64,000 nucleotides of DNA, taken from an uncultured Chitinophagales bacterium (lineage in GTDB: Bacteria > Bacteroidota > Ignavibacteria > UBA10030 > F1-140-MAGs086). The DNA lies in NCBI GenBank assembly GCA_964358705.1, contig CAYHPL010000005.1, forward strand, positions 4,566 to 68,565, in the 5' to 3' direction. The translations under genes and the position numbers were made by a program. Positions 18,867 to 27,456 of this stretch are shown piece after piece. Position 1 is the stretch's first letter. Each line of letters opens with the position of its first letter. The notes below the pieces were generated by a model that was not told the origin of the DNA, ran no database searches, and saw nothing but the letters and a program-made list of their open reading frames with translations.

Positions 18867-18904
18867 AAAGGAGGATAGTAATATGAGATGAATAAAAAAC
18901 AACA

Positions 18905-18935
18905 CCACAGGTAATGTTGGCGCATCACCTGTGGC
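18905..18935 (+). terminator. Possible hairpin after the lipoprotein gene
   Basis: ccacaggt...acctgtgg inverted repeat; no clear U-tract. Confidence 0.3.
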
Positions 18936-18972
18936 AGTATGCAAATTAAGGCGTGGTAATTACTCTTCATAT

Positions 18973-19144
18973 TTAACCGTAAAGCAATGCAGGGATGATT
19001 TTAGATTTTAGAAGTAAGATTTTAGATTGATTTGTACAACATCCTTTGCGTAACTCTGCATTTCCCTTTGCGTTCTCTGCGTTTAAGGAAAATCGCTTTT
19101 AACCGCGAAGGTCGCAAAGGGTTATCGCAAAGGTGCGCAAAGAG
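18973..19144. repeat. Cluster of cgcaaag-type inverted repeats and gatttta heptamer repeats
   Basis: 19044-19086 is an approximate reverse complement of 19099-19142; gattttagattttagaagtaagattttagatt lies upstream. Confidence 0.7.
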
Positions 19145-19158
19145 GGAAATGTCTGATG

Positions 19159-19273
19159 TATGCCAGTATAGAAATCTATATATAGGCAAAAACTTTTTTT
19201 TATGCCAGTATAGAAATCCATACATAGGGAAAAACTTTTTTTTATGCCTGTATAGAAATCTATACATAAGCAA
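19159..19273. repeat. 42-bp tandem repeat (~2.7 copies) with internal palindrome GTATAG-AAAT-CTATAC
   Basis: Units start at 19159, 19201 and 19243: tatgcc(a/t)gtatagaaatc(t/c)ata(t/c)ata...aaaaacttttttt. Confidence 0.88.
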
Positions 19274-19568
19274 TGAACGTTCAGCGTGGCTATCCAAAAA
19301 TATGGATAGGAACAAAATGCCTTTTTTAGCCTAATTTTAACGTTTCTCATTTATAGAGCATTTCGAATTACGAAATATTTTTTGTGGGCAACCAATTAAA
19401 TGAATTTATACGGAGAGAAATTCATTCGAAAACGGCAATGTTAGAAAATACTCCATTCAATTCAAAAAAATAAGCCCGATATGTCTTATTTCGTTTTTCA
19501 GTTTTGAGAACGATGAATCAATTTTCTGTTTATTCTTCTCGTCTTCGTATATTTTCGCCGAAAATTTT

Positions 19569-20354
19569 ATGAATACTCAACTCTCCCTCAACTATTCCTT
19601 AGTCGAACAAACTCTCGTGAATTTTATTCGCGACGAAATAACCAATGCAGGATATTCCAAAGCGGTGTTTGGTCTTTCCGGCGGCGTGGATTCTGCTGTT
19701 ACTGCTCATCTTGCAGTACGTGCATTAGGAAAGGAAAATGTTTTCGCTGTTTTAATGCCGTATGCAACAAGCAATCCGCAGCACGCAAAGGATGCAATGG
19801 ATATTGTGTACCAACTTGAATGCAATTATCTGCGCATTGAAATCACGCCGATGGTAGATGCATTTTGCGCTTTGGATTCATCAATGACGACATTGCGCAA
19901 GGGAAATATTATGGCGCGTTGCCGTATGATAACGCTGTTTGATTTTTCTGCAAAGGAACATGCAATAGTAGTCGGCACCAGCAACAAGACAGAAATACTT
20001 CTTGGCTACGGAACTTTATACGGCGATATTGCATGCGGCATCAATCCGCTCGGCGATTTATTTAAAACACAAATTTGGGAACTCGCACAGCATCTCGGCA
20101 TACCGAAACACATTATTGATAAAAAGCCCACCGCAGATTTATGGCAGGGACAAACTGATGAAGGAGAATTTGGATTTTCGTATAATGAAGTTGACCAACT
20201 TTTTAATGTTCTGCAACAAAAAGATTTTACACTCGAAGAATTACTCGCACTTGGTTTTAACGAAGATTTTATTTTGAACATACAAGAGCGAGTGATGAAG
20301 AATTTATTCAAATCGAAATTGCCTCCCATCGCAAGCGTTTCACAATGCAAGTAA
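19569..20354 (+). CDS. nadE: NH3-dependent NAD+ synthetase
   Basis: GLSGGVDS, GNIMARCRM, GTSNKTE..LGYGTLYGD and PTADLWQGQTDE. Confidence 0.95.
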   Translation: MNTQLSLNYSLVEQTLVNFIRDEITNAGYSKAVFGLSGGVDSAVTAHLAVRALGKENVFAVLMPYATSNPQHAKDAMDIVYQLECNYLRIEITPMVDAFCALDSSMTTLRKGNIMARCRMITLFDFSAKEHAIVVGTSNKTEILLGYGTLYGDIACGINPLGDLFKTQIWELAQHLGIPKHIIDKKPTADLWQGQTDEGEFGFSYNEVDQLFNVLQQKDFTLEELLALGFNEDFILNIQERVMKNLFKSKLPPIASVSQCK

Positions 20355-21181
20355 TGCAACACACGCAAAAATTAGTTCATCTTCAAAATTATATCCGACA
20401 ATTTCCCAATGCTCTTGTTGCTTTTTCAGGAGGAATTGACAGCGCATTTTTGCTTAAAATTGCCCGCGATGTTCTGGGAAAAGAAAATGTACTTGCTGTT
20501 ACCGCAGTTTCTGCTTCACTTCCGCAAAAAGAAAAAGAACAAACCATTGAAACAGCAACCATTCTTGATGTACGTCATCAATTTATTTACACAGATGAAC
20601 TTGACAATGAAAATTATGTTTCCAATCCGGTGAACCGCTGCTACTTTTGTAAATCCGAACTCTACTCCAAACTCTCGCAACTTACTTTCGATAAAAACTA
20701 CGCAGTAATTTTTAACGGAACAAATGCAGACGACCTTGGCGATTACCGTCCGGGAATTGTAGCGGGAACGGAATATAAAATACTTTCTCCTTTGGCGCAG
20801 TGCGGATTTACAAAAGAGGAAATCAGAACAGAAGCGCGAAAACTCAATATTGAAATATGGAATAAACCCGCGTCGCCGTGTCTTTCTTCACGCATTCCGT
20901 ACGGAGAAAATGTTACGCCGAAAAAACTTTTGCAGATAGAGCAAGCGGAAGATTTTTTACATTCGCTCGGTTTTGAAATTTGCCGCGTGCGTCATCACGA
21001 TACGATTGCGCGTATTGAAATTCCTACGGAAGATTTTATAAAAATTATGGAAGACCAAATGCGAGAGCAAATAAATACCCGATTGAAGGAAATCGGGTTT
21101 TCATTTGTAACATTTGATGCATCAGGATTTTCTTCCGGAAGTTTTAACACCGTCCTTCTCGCATTACCGCAACAAAATTAA
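20345..21181 (+). CDS. larE: ATP-dependent sulfur transferase of nickel-pincer cofactor synthesis
   Basis: AFSGGIDS PP-loop, RCYFCK, DYRPG and KPASPCLSSRIPYG. Confidence 0.92.
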   Translation: MQVMQHTQKLVHLQNYIRQFPNALVAFSGGIDSAFLLKIARDVLGKENVLAVTAVSASLPQKEKEQTIETATILDVRHQFIYTDELDNENYVSNPVNRCYFCKSELYSKLSQLTFDKNYAVIFNGTNADDLGDYRPGIVAGTEYKILSPLAQCGFTKEEIRTEARKLNIEIWNKPASPCLSSRIPYGENVTPKKLLQIEQAEDFLHSLGFEICRVRHHDTIARIEIPTEDFIKIMEDQMREQINTRLKEIGFSFVTFDASGFSSGSFNTVLLALPQQN

Positions 21182-21937
21182 ATGACAGAAGAACAGGTAC
21201 GAAAAATTTATAAAGAAATTCAGGCAAAAAAATTGAGCGAAGATGCATTTGTTCAAAAACTGAAAACGCTTCCTTTTGAAAATATACATTTCGCACATTT
21301 AGACCATCATCGTTCGCTGCGCAATAATATTCCCGAAGTAATTTACGGCGAAAGCAAAAGCGCAAGCGATGTAAAAACAATCGTAAAAAAAATGCTTGCA
21401 AAAAAACTTGATGTGATGATTACGCGGGTAACGAAAGAGCAAATTGCTGCGCTGAAAAATATTCCCCGCTTTACATTTTTTGAAAAGGCGCGCATTATAT
21501 TTTTCCCTTCGCACAAAAGAAAAATAAAATCAGGTAAGATTGTTATAGTTTCCGCCGGCACATCCGATATTCCTGTTGCAGAAGAAGCCGCAGTAACTGC
21601 AGAATTATTGGGAAGCAATGTAAGCAGATTGTTTGATGTTGGCGTTGCAGGAATTCATCGTTTGCTTTTACAACTGGATATTTTTGAAAAAGCCCGTTGC
21701 GTTGTATGCGTTGCAGGAATGGATGGCGCGCTTCCGTCTGTTGTTGGCGGTTTGCTTTCTTGCCCGGTGATTGCTGTCCCGACAAGTGTTGGATACGGCG
21801 CATCGTTTCACGGAGTTGCAGCGCTATTGACAATGCTTAATTCCTGTGCAAGCGGAATTTCTGTAGTAAATATTGATAACGGATTTGGCGCGGGATATCA
21901 GGCGCATTTGATAAATACAATTTCCTTCAATGATTGA
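21182..21937 (+). CDS. larB: Nickel-pincer cofactor carboxylase/hydrolase
   Basis: PEVIYG, AGTSDIPVAEEA, DVGVAGIHRL, AGMDGALPSVVGG, PTSVGYG and VNIDNGFGA. Confidence 0.93.
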   Translation: MTEEQVRKIYKEIQAKKLSEDAFVQKLKTLPFENIHFAHLDHHRSLRNNIPEVIYGESKSASDVKTIVKKMLAKKLDVMITRVTKEQIAALKNIPRFTFFEKARIIFFPSHKRKIKSGKIVIVSAGTSDIPVAEEAAVTAELLGSNVSRLFDVGVAGIHRLLLQLDIFEKARCVVCVAGMDGALPSVVGGLLSCPVIAVPTSVGYGASFHGVAALLTMLNSCASGISVVNIDNGFGAGYQAHLINTISFND

Positions 21938-22205
21938 TTTACTTGTTTTTTATATACACACGGTTGCCATCGTGTATGCATTTACCAAATCGTGGCAGGA
22001 AGATGGCGTGCGCGAAGGAATTCTTTCAGTCGGGTTTGTACTGATAATATTTTCCATTGGCTGGGCGATTTCTACATTACTCATTAGTTACATCGTCCCT
22101 ACAGAAGGATTTGCAAAATGGTTTAATAAAGATACAATGGCGCTTACGATATTAACAGTCGGAGAAGGAATTTTTTATTATTACTATTTGAAAAAAGAAG
22201 CGTAA
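21930..22205 (+). CDS. Small membrane protein (about 3 TM)
   Basis: Hydrophobic 91-aa ORF overlapping the larB end. Confidence 0.7.
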   Translation: MIDLLVFYIHTVAIVYAFTKSWQEDGVREGILSVGFVLIIFSIGWAISTLLISYIVPTEGFAKWFNKDTMALTILTVGEGIFYYYYLKKEA

Positions 22206-22327
22206 GTATTTTCCTCAGCTGCATATCGTTTCTTTTTTTTGAAATTCATTTTTATATCCTCCCTATTTTCATATCTTTTCCCCGCAATTTTTAAATTGTC
22301 TATCCAATCACGACGGAATCTCAGCGG

Positions 22328-22690
22328 TTGAAAACACTCGGCATAAAAAAACTGTACTACTCGATTAGCGAAGTCAGTAAAATTACTGATGTTGAACAAT
22401 ACGTATTACGCTATTGGGAAACCGAATTTGAGACATTGCAGCCGCAAAAAAACCGCGCAGGTAATCGCATATATACGAACAATGACGTAAAACTTGTTCT
22501 GATGATAAAAAAACTCTTGCGCGATGAACGGTACACAATTGAAGGCGCAAAAAAAGTTCTTGAAGAAATGCCGAAACCGACTGGAGAACAATTGGATTTT
22601 CTCGACCCAAAAACTGAAAGAGAAAAACTCCGCACAGATTTAAAAGAAGTGAAAAAGTTTTTGGAAAATCTACTAACCACTTTGGAGTAA
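22328..22690 (+). CDS. MerR-family transcriptional regulator
   Basis: YYSISEVS...YVLRYWETEF..LQP.KNRAGNRIY; typical position just upstream of tRNA-Pro. Confidence 0.9.
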   Translation: MKTLGIKKLYYSISEVSKITDVEQYVLRYWETEFETLQPQKNRAGNRIYTNNDVKLVLMIKKLLRDERYTIEGAKKVLEEMPKPTGEQLDFLDPKTEREKLRTDLKEVKKFLENLLTTLE

Positions 22691-22703
22691 AAATTATTAG
22701 AGC

Positions 22704-22777
22704 CGGAACGTAGCGCAGCCCGGTAGCGTACTTGCTTGGGGTGCAAGGGGTCGCGGGTTCAAATCCCGCCGTTCCGA
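22704..22777 (+). tRNA. tRNA-Pro(GGG)
   Basis: CGGAACG...CGTTCCG-A acceptor stem, CTTGC-TTGGGGT-GCAAG anticodon arm, GGTTCAAATCC T-arm. Confidence 0.95.
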
Positions 22778-22785
22778 CAACAAAG

Positions 22786-22821
22786 AAAAAGCGAATCAAA
22801 ACATTTTGGTTCGCTTTTTTT
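22786..22821 (+). terminator. Rho-independent terminator after the tRNA
   Basis: aaaaagcgaatcaaaa / ttttggttcgcttttt stem followed by a T-run. Confidence 0.75.
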
Positions 22822-23008
22822 GGTAAATATTTTAGAATTGTTGGATTTGATTTGATGATGCTATAATTTTGCTGTGCCTGATTAAATAAAGTTGATGAAA
22901 AATGGGGAAAGGGTATTATGAGTATTAATTTTAGATGGAAATACTTTGAATATTTTACATTCCAGAGAAGTATTTCTTTTTATTTAAAACCAATAGGGAT
23001 AATTATAA

Positions 23009-24379
23009 ATGAATGATATTGCGGAGTGGGTAAATTTTTTTACAGAACAATGGCACAAGAGAACTACTATTTTAATACTTCTTCTAACTATATTAATTGT
23101 CCTTGTTTACCTCGCAACCAATGTTAAGTTGTCAGAAATAGAAAGGCCCTGGTATTTTCTCATACCAATTGTTTTAACAATTACTTTTGTTGTCTGGAAA
23201 ATTACTACCAATACTCCTAAAGTTAAGAAAGGGAAAGTAGGCTTACTAATTGCAATTACACTTGAAAACCCAAAAAGCAAGAACAAAATTAAATTAGATT
23301 TTACTCATACTCTTTCCGAATTACTACAACACGGAAATTTAAGATACCAATTCAAATTGATTGAACTCAATGATTACCATTCTTTAAAAATAACAAACGC
23401 GGAAACTGCAAATTATTATCTAAAAAAATCAAAATGTCATTTTTTATTATATGGTGTCGCTAAGGAAAGAACTATAAAAGGATCACTTCACCACGTCATT
23501 AACCTTAATGGAATTGTCTCCCATAAACCTATTTCCAAAGAAACAAGTAAAGAATTTTCTAAAGAATTTAATGAATTACTTCCACGGAAAATGACTGTAA
23601 GTTTTGAAGGAGACGTATTTGCATTTGAGTTTACGGCTCAATTGATTGATATAGTAGCTCGTTATATTATTGGTATTGCATCTTTACTTTCTTACGATTT
23701 AGAATACGCGAGAGATCTATTTGAAGATTTACAAAAAAAGATTTTGTCAATTGAAACAAAACTACCGGTTGTTACAAAAATAAAAGCAAGATTGCCAAGT
23801 AGGTTGATTACAACATATGTTGAGCAAATTCAATTAATTTATGATTTATGGATAAAAACACATGATAAAAGAGAATTACAAAAAATGGAGCCGATACTTA
23901 GCAAACTTTTAAGTATAGATGCAAAAAACTATAACGGAAATTTACTTTCTGCAATTTGTCATTTTAGTCTCAATAGAGATATTGCGAGTGCAAAAAAGAA
24001 TATTAGAAACTGTAGAAAAACCAAAGATGGTACTTGGAGATATAGTGAAGCATTTTTGTATGCATACGAAGGAAATATGAAAAATGCAAAAAGAAAATAT
24101 TTCGAAGCGTTCCGTTCTTCTAATAATGACATTACAGTACCAATTCAAATAGAAGAATTCATTCTTGACATATTAGATGAAGAACAAGATAAAATCCAAC
24201 TTTATTTTTGTTTAGGTTTGATAAATTATCATTCAAAGCAAGATCGGGAAGCAGCGAAGAGAGATTTTACACAATTCATTTCTATATGTAATAACTCACT
24301 TTTCCAAGAAGAACTAGAAGAAGCATATTCTTATGTAGAAAAAATAAATCAAGAATTGAATTCCCTTGCAAACATTTAA
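23009..24379 (+). CDS. Hypothetical accessory protein: two N-terminal TM helices, helical/TPR-like C-terminus
   Basis: 456-aa ORF, visibly more AT-rich than its neighbours, immediately downstream of a tRNA. Confidence 0.75.
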   Translation: MNDIAEWVNFFTEQWHKRTTILILLLTILIVLVYLATNVKLSEIERPWYFLIPIVLTITFVVWKITTNTPKVKKGKVGLLIAITLENPKSKNKIKLDFTHTLSELLQHGNLRYQFKLIELNDYHSLKITNAETANYYLKKSKCHFLLYGVAKERTIKGSLHHVINLNGIVSHKPISKETSKEFSKEFNELLPRKMTVSFEGDVFAFEFTAQLIDIVARYIIGIASLLSYDLEYARDLFEDLQKKILSIETKLPVVTKIKARLPSRLITTYVEQIQLIYDLWIKTHDKRELQKMEPILSKLLSIDAKNYNGNLLSAICHFSLNRDIASAKKNIRNCRKTKDGTWRYSEAFLYAYEGNMKNAKRKYFEAFRSSNNDITVPIQIEEFILDILDEEQDKIQLYFCLGLINYHSKQDREAAKRDFTQFISICNNSLFQEELEEAYSYVEKINQELNSLANI

Positions 24380-24392
24380 TAATATTTTTTTT

Positions 24393-24475
24393 ATGAACAA
24401 ACTCACTCAACTCACAAATTTTAAACAACAATCCACTCTCGGCGGCGGAGAAAAACGTATCGAAGAAGAGCATAA
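24393..24475 (+). pseudogene. Diverged copy of the 5' end of the carboxyltransferase gene
   Basis: Matches 25192-25274 codon for codon with mainly synonymous changes; ends where the REP-like element begins. Confidence 0.9.
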
Positions 24476-24479
24476 CATC

Positions 24480-24590
24480 GCATTACCGTAAACGATAATG
24501 CTGAACAAAGAAAGAATCATAAATGATTCTGATTTCACCACAGCAAGATTTATCTTACTTTCTTCGTGCAGAAATACCATTTATGGTATT
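24480..24590. repeat. REP/REPIN-like compound palindrome, left of the transposase
   Basis: Hairpins with TAAA/TTTA loops linked by ctgaacaaagaaag and its approximate reverse complement. Confidence 0.85.
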
Positions 24591-24617
24591 GTGCAAAATG
24601 AGTAAACCAAAATTATT

Positions 24618-25037
24618 ATGAGCCAAGTTTTCTACAAAACATTTTATCACATCATTTGGTCAACGTTAAGTCGTCAACCATTGATTACACCAGAAATAGA
24701 AAAAGTATTATTTCCATTTCTTGAAAACAAAGCAAAACGTTTCGACTGCTCGTTGTATGGAATCGGGGGAACAGAAAACCATATTCACATTGCTATTTCA
24801 ATTCCTCCTCCAAAATCAATCAGCGATGTTATCGGGAAACTGAAAGGAAGCAGTTCGTATTTTCTCAACAAAGAATTACAAATAACAGAAAATTTTTCTT
24901 GGCAAGATGGTTTCGGTGTTTTATCTTTTGCGGAAAAAGATTTAAAAAATATTCTCCATTATATTCACAATCAGAAAGAACATCACAACAATGGAGCGTT
25001 AAATGACGCGATGGAGAAAATAGAACAAAATATTTGA
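24618..25037 (+). mobile_element. tnpA: IS200/IS605-family Y1 HUH transposase (TnpA / RAYT-like)
   Basis: YHIIWST, NHIHI (HUH), KLKGSSS, WQDGFG and YIHNQKEHH (catalytic Tyr); no tnpB present. Confidence 0.92.
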
Positions 25038-25040
25038 ATC

Positions 25041-25163
25041 GCATTACCGTAAACGGTAATGCTGAACAAAGAAAGCATAATAAATTATGCTAACCATTTT
25101 ATTATGGTATTTAGAATCATTTATGATTCTTTTTTCGTTCAGCGTAATCATTTATGGTTACGC
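25041..25163. repeat. REP/REPIN-like compound palindrome, right of the transposase
   Basis: GCATTACCG-TAAA-CGGTAATGC and further hairpins; 25038-25075 repeats 24477-24514 with 1 mismatch in 38 bp. Confidence 0.85.
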
Positions 25164-25191
25164 AAACAATAATTCAAACACAAATTACTCA

Positions 25192-26739
25192 ATGAACAAA
25201 CTAACTCAACTCACAAATTTTAAACAACAATCCACTCTCGGTGGCGGCGAAAAACGCATCGAAGAACAACACAAAAAAGGCAAACTCACCGCGCGCGAGC
25301 GTTTGGAAATCCTTCTCGACAACAATAGTTTTGAAGAAGTAGATGCGCTCGTTGTACATCGCTCAAAAGATTTCGGTTTGGAAAAAGAACAATATCTCGG
25401 CGATGGAGTTATTACAGGAAGCGGCACCATTGACGGACGATTGGTTTTTGTATTCAGTCAGGATTTTACTGTCTTTGGGGGTTCACTTTCCGAAGCACAC
25501 GCCGCAAAGATTTGTAAAGTAATGGATATGGCTATGAAAATCGGTGCGCCAATAATTGGACTCAATGATTCCGGCGGCGCGCGAATTCAGGAAGGAGTTG
25601 TGTCGCTTGGCGGCTATGCGGATATTTTTTTACGCAACACGCTTGCATCGGGAGTTGTGCCGCAAATTTCTGCTGTACTTGGTCCATGTGCTGGCGGCGC
25701 AGTGTATTCTCCCGCAATCACCGATTTTATTTTTATGGCGAAGAACACCAGTTATATGTTTGTAACGGGACCGAATGTTGTAAAAACCGTAACGCACGAA
25801 GATGTTTCGTTTGAAGATTTGGGTGGAGCAGTTACGCATGCAACCAAAAGCGGTGTTGCACATTTTGCCTGCGAAGATGAAATCGAATGTCTGCGATTGA
25901 TTCGGAAATTATTCAGCTACATTCCTTCCAACAATATTGATGATGCGCCAACGATGGAAACGAATGATGATTTCAATCGCGAAGATGAGCAACTTAATTC
26001 CATCATTCCGGAAAACTCGAACAAACCGTATGATATAAAAGATGTTATAAAACTTATTGTGGATGATGGAGATTTTTTGGAAGTGCACGAACTCTACGCG
26101 CAAAATATCGTTGTCGGATTTGCGCGACTTGGTGGAAAATCTGTTGGCATAATTGCAAATCAACCTTGCGTTCTTGCCGGCGCGCTCGATATTGATGCGA
26201 GTTTGAAAGGTGCGCGCTTTGTTCGGTTCTGTGATGCGTTCAATATTCCAATTCTTGTGTTTGAAGATGTTCCCGGATTTCTTCCAGGCACGGATCAGGA
26301 ATGGAGAGGGATAATAAAACACGGTGCGAAACTTCTTTACGCTTTCGCCGAAGCAACTGTTCCGAAAATTACGGTCATTACAAGAAAAGCATACGGCGGA
26401 GCATACGATGTTATGAACAGCAAACACATTCGCGGCGATTTTAACTTCGCGTTTCCTTCAGCAGAAATTGCCGTGATGGGACCAAAAGGGGCGGTGGAAA
26501 TTTTATACCGACGAGATGTAAATGGAAAGAGTAAAGAAGAAGCAGAAAAATATTTTGCAGAAAAAGAACAAGAGTATCGCGAGAAATTTGCAAGTCCATA
26601 CATCGCCGCGCAGCGTGGATATATTGATGACGTGATTGAACCGAAAACTACGCGCCCAAAACTTATTCGCGCATTTCAAATTCTCGAAAACAAAGTAGAT
26701 GCAAACCCGAAAAAGAAACACGGAAATATTCCATTGTAA
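25192..26739 (+). CDS. pccB: Acyl-CoA carboxylase beta subunit (propionyl-CoA carboxylase / methylmalonyl-CoA carboxyltransferase)
   Basis: [45 protein letters not shown] and KKHGNIPL; start MNKL at 25192. Confidence 0.93.
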   Translation: MNKLTQLTNFKQQSTLGGGEKRIEEQHKKGKLTARERLEILLDNNSFEEVDALVVHRSKDFGLEKEQYLGDGVITGSGTIDGRLVFVFSQDFTVFGGSLSEAHAAKICKVMDMAMKIGAPIIGLNDSGGARIQEGVVSLGGYADIFLRNTLASGVVPQISAVLGPCAGGAVYSPAITDFIFMAKNTSYMFVTGPNVVKTVTHEDVSFEDLGGAVTHATKSGVAHFACEDEIECLRLIRKLFSYIPSNNIDDAPTMETNDDFNREDEQLNSIIPENSNKPYDIKDVIKLIVDDGDFLEVHELYAQNIVVGFARLGGKSVGIIANQPCVLAGALDIDASLKGARFVRFCDAFNIPILVFEDVPGFLPGTDQEWRGIIKHGAKLLYAFAEATVPKITVITRKAYGGAYDVMNSKHIRGDFNFAFPSAEIAVMGPKGAVEILYRRDVNGKSKEEAEKYFAEKEQEYREKFASPYIAAQRGYIDDVIEPKTTRPKLIRAFQILENKVDANPKKKHGNIPL

Positions 26740-26819
26740 TACAAGAAGGTTACTTGTCCGACTTTTCCGTATTTTTCGACCGCAATTTCAATTTAATAAA
26801 CCGTAATTATATAACTACT

Positions 26820-27032
26820 ATGCCACAACAAGCAACGGACACACTTGATATTTTCATTTCCAAAGCGCAACTTATTACTGCAATAAACAAAATGAAAAAG
26901 AAACAACGCAGTGAATTCATTGAAGATTTGCTTGCCGCAACGAGCCCCGAATATTTAGAAAGTATTCGAGAAGCCCGCGAGGATTTTAAAAAAGGAAGAG
27001 TATTTTCTCACGAAGACGTGTTTGGTAAATAG
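26820..27032 (+). CDS. Putative type II antitoxin
   Basis: 70-aa protein ending SPEYLESIREAREDFKKGRVFSHEDVF; stop overlaps the toxin start. Confidence 0.75.
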   Translation: MPQQATDTLDIFISKAQLITAINKMKKKQRSEFIEDLLAATSPEYLESIREAREDFKKGRVFSHEDVFGK

Positions 27033-27289
27033 TGCTCTACAAACTACTCTACACAAAGCGGGCAATTCGGGACATAACAAAATTAGATGAACAATCTAAA
27101 CAACGCATTAAACTTGCTCTGGAAAAATATTCTATCGCGCCATTTCAGTATGCTGAAAAACTAACAAATTCTCAACTCGGGTCTTTTCGTTTCCGCGTTG
27201 GCGATTATAGAATTATATTTGATATAGAAGATGAATCTATTGTGGTTTTGCGAATAGGACATCGGAAGAATATATATCTGAGTAATTAG
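27032..27289 (+). CDS. RelE/ParE-family toxin
   Basis: YKLLYTKRA.RD..KLD, FRFRVGDYRIIF and VLRIGHRKNIY. Confidence 0.92.
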   Translation: MLYKLLYTKRAIRDITKLDEQSKQRIKLALEKYSIAPFQYAEKLTNSQLGSFRFRVGDYRIIFDIEDESIVVLRIGHRKNIYLSN

Positions 27290-27304
27290 AATTTGTAAAA
27301 TATT

Positions 27305-27373
27305 CATTTCAAATTCTCGAAAACAAAGTGGATTCCAACCCAAAAAAGAAGCATGGAAATATTCCATTGTAAT
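27305..27373 (+). pseudogene. Diverged copy of the 3' end of the carboxyltransferase gene
   Basis: 69 bp matching 26672-26740 with 6 mismatches, encoding [21 protein letters not shown]. Confidence 0.92.
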
Positions 27374-27400
27374 TTGCTTCATCAAAAAAAATTTACATAT

Positions 27401-27437
27401 AAAAAACGCTGAAGGCATCAAACCATCAGCGTTTTTT
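27401..27437. terminator. Bidirectional terminator
   Basis: aaaaaacgctga...tcagcgtttttt between convergent genes. Confidence 0.75.
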
Positions 27438-27456
27438 ATTTGTGAATAAGAATCTT

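Noticed and set aside
19159-19273. Possible CRISPR array
   Set aside because: Inter-repeat segments are identical rather than unique spacers, the 42-bp period is too short, and no cas genes are present.
19022-19350. Three ORFs of 83-100 aa in the intergenic gap
   Set aside because: They are translations of repeat DNA with no protein-like features.
25087-25191. N-terminal extension of pccB
   Set aside because: It reads through the REP-like element; the duplicated stub starts at the MNKL ATG.
22704-27437. Integrase-type genomic island or prophage at tRNA-Pro
   Set aside because: No integrase or phage genes, and no duplicated tRNA 3' end was seen.
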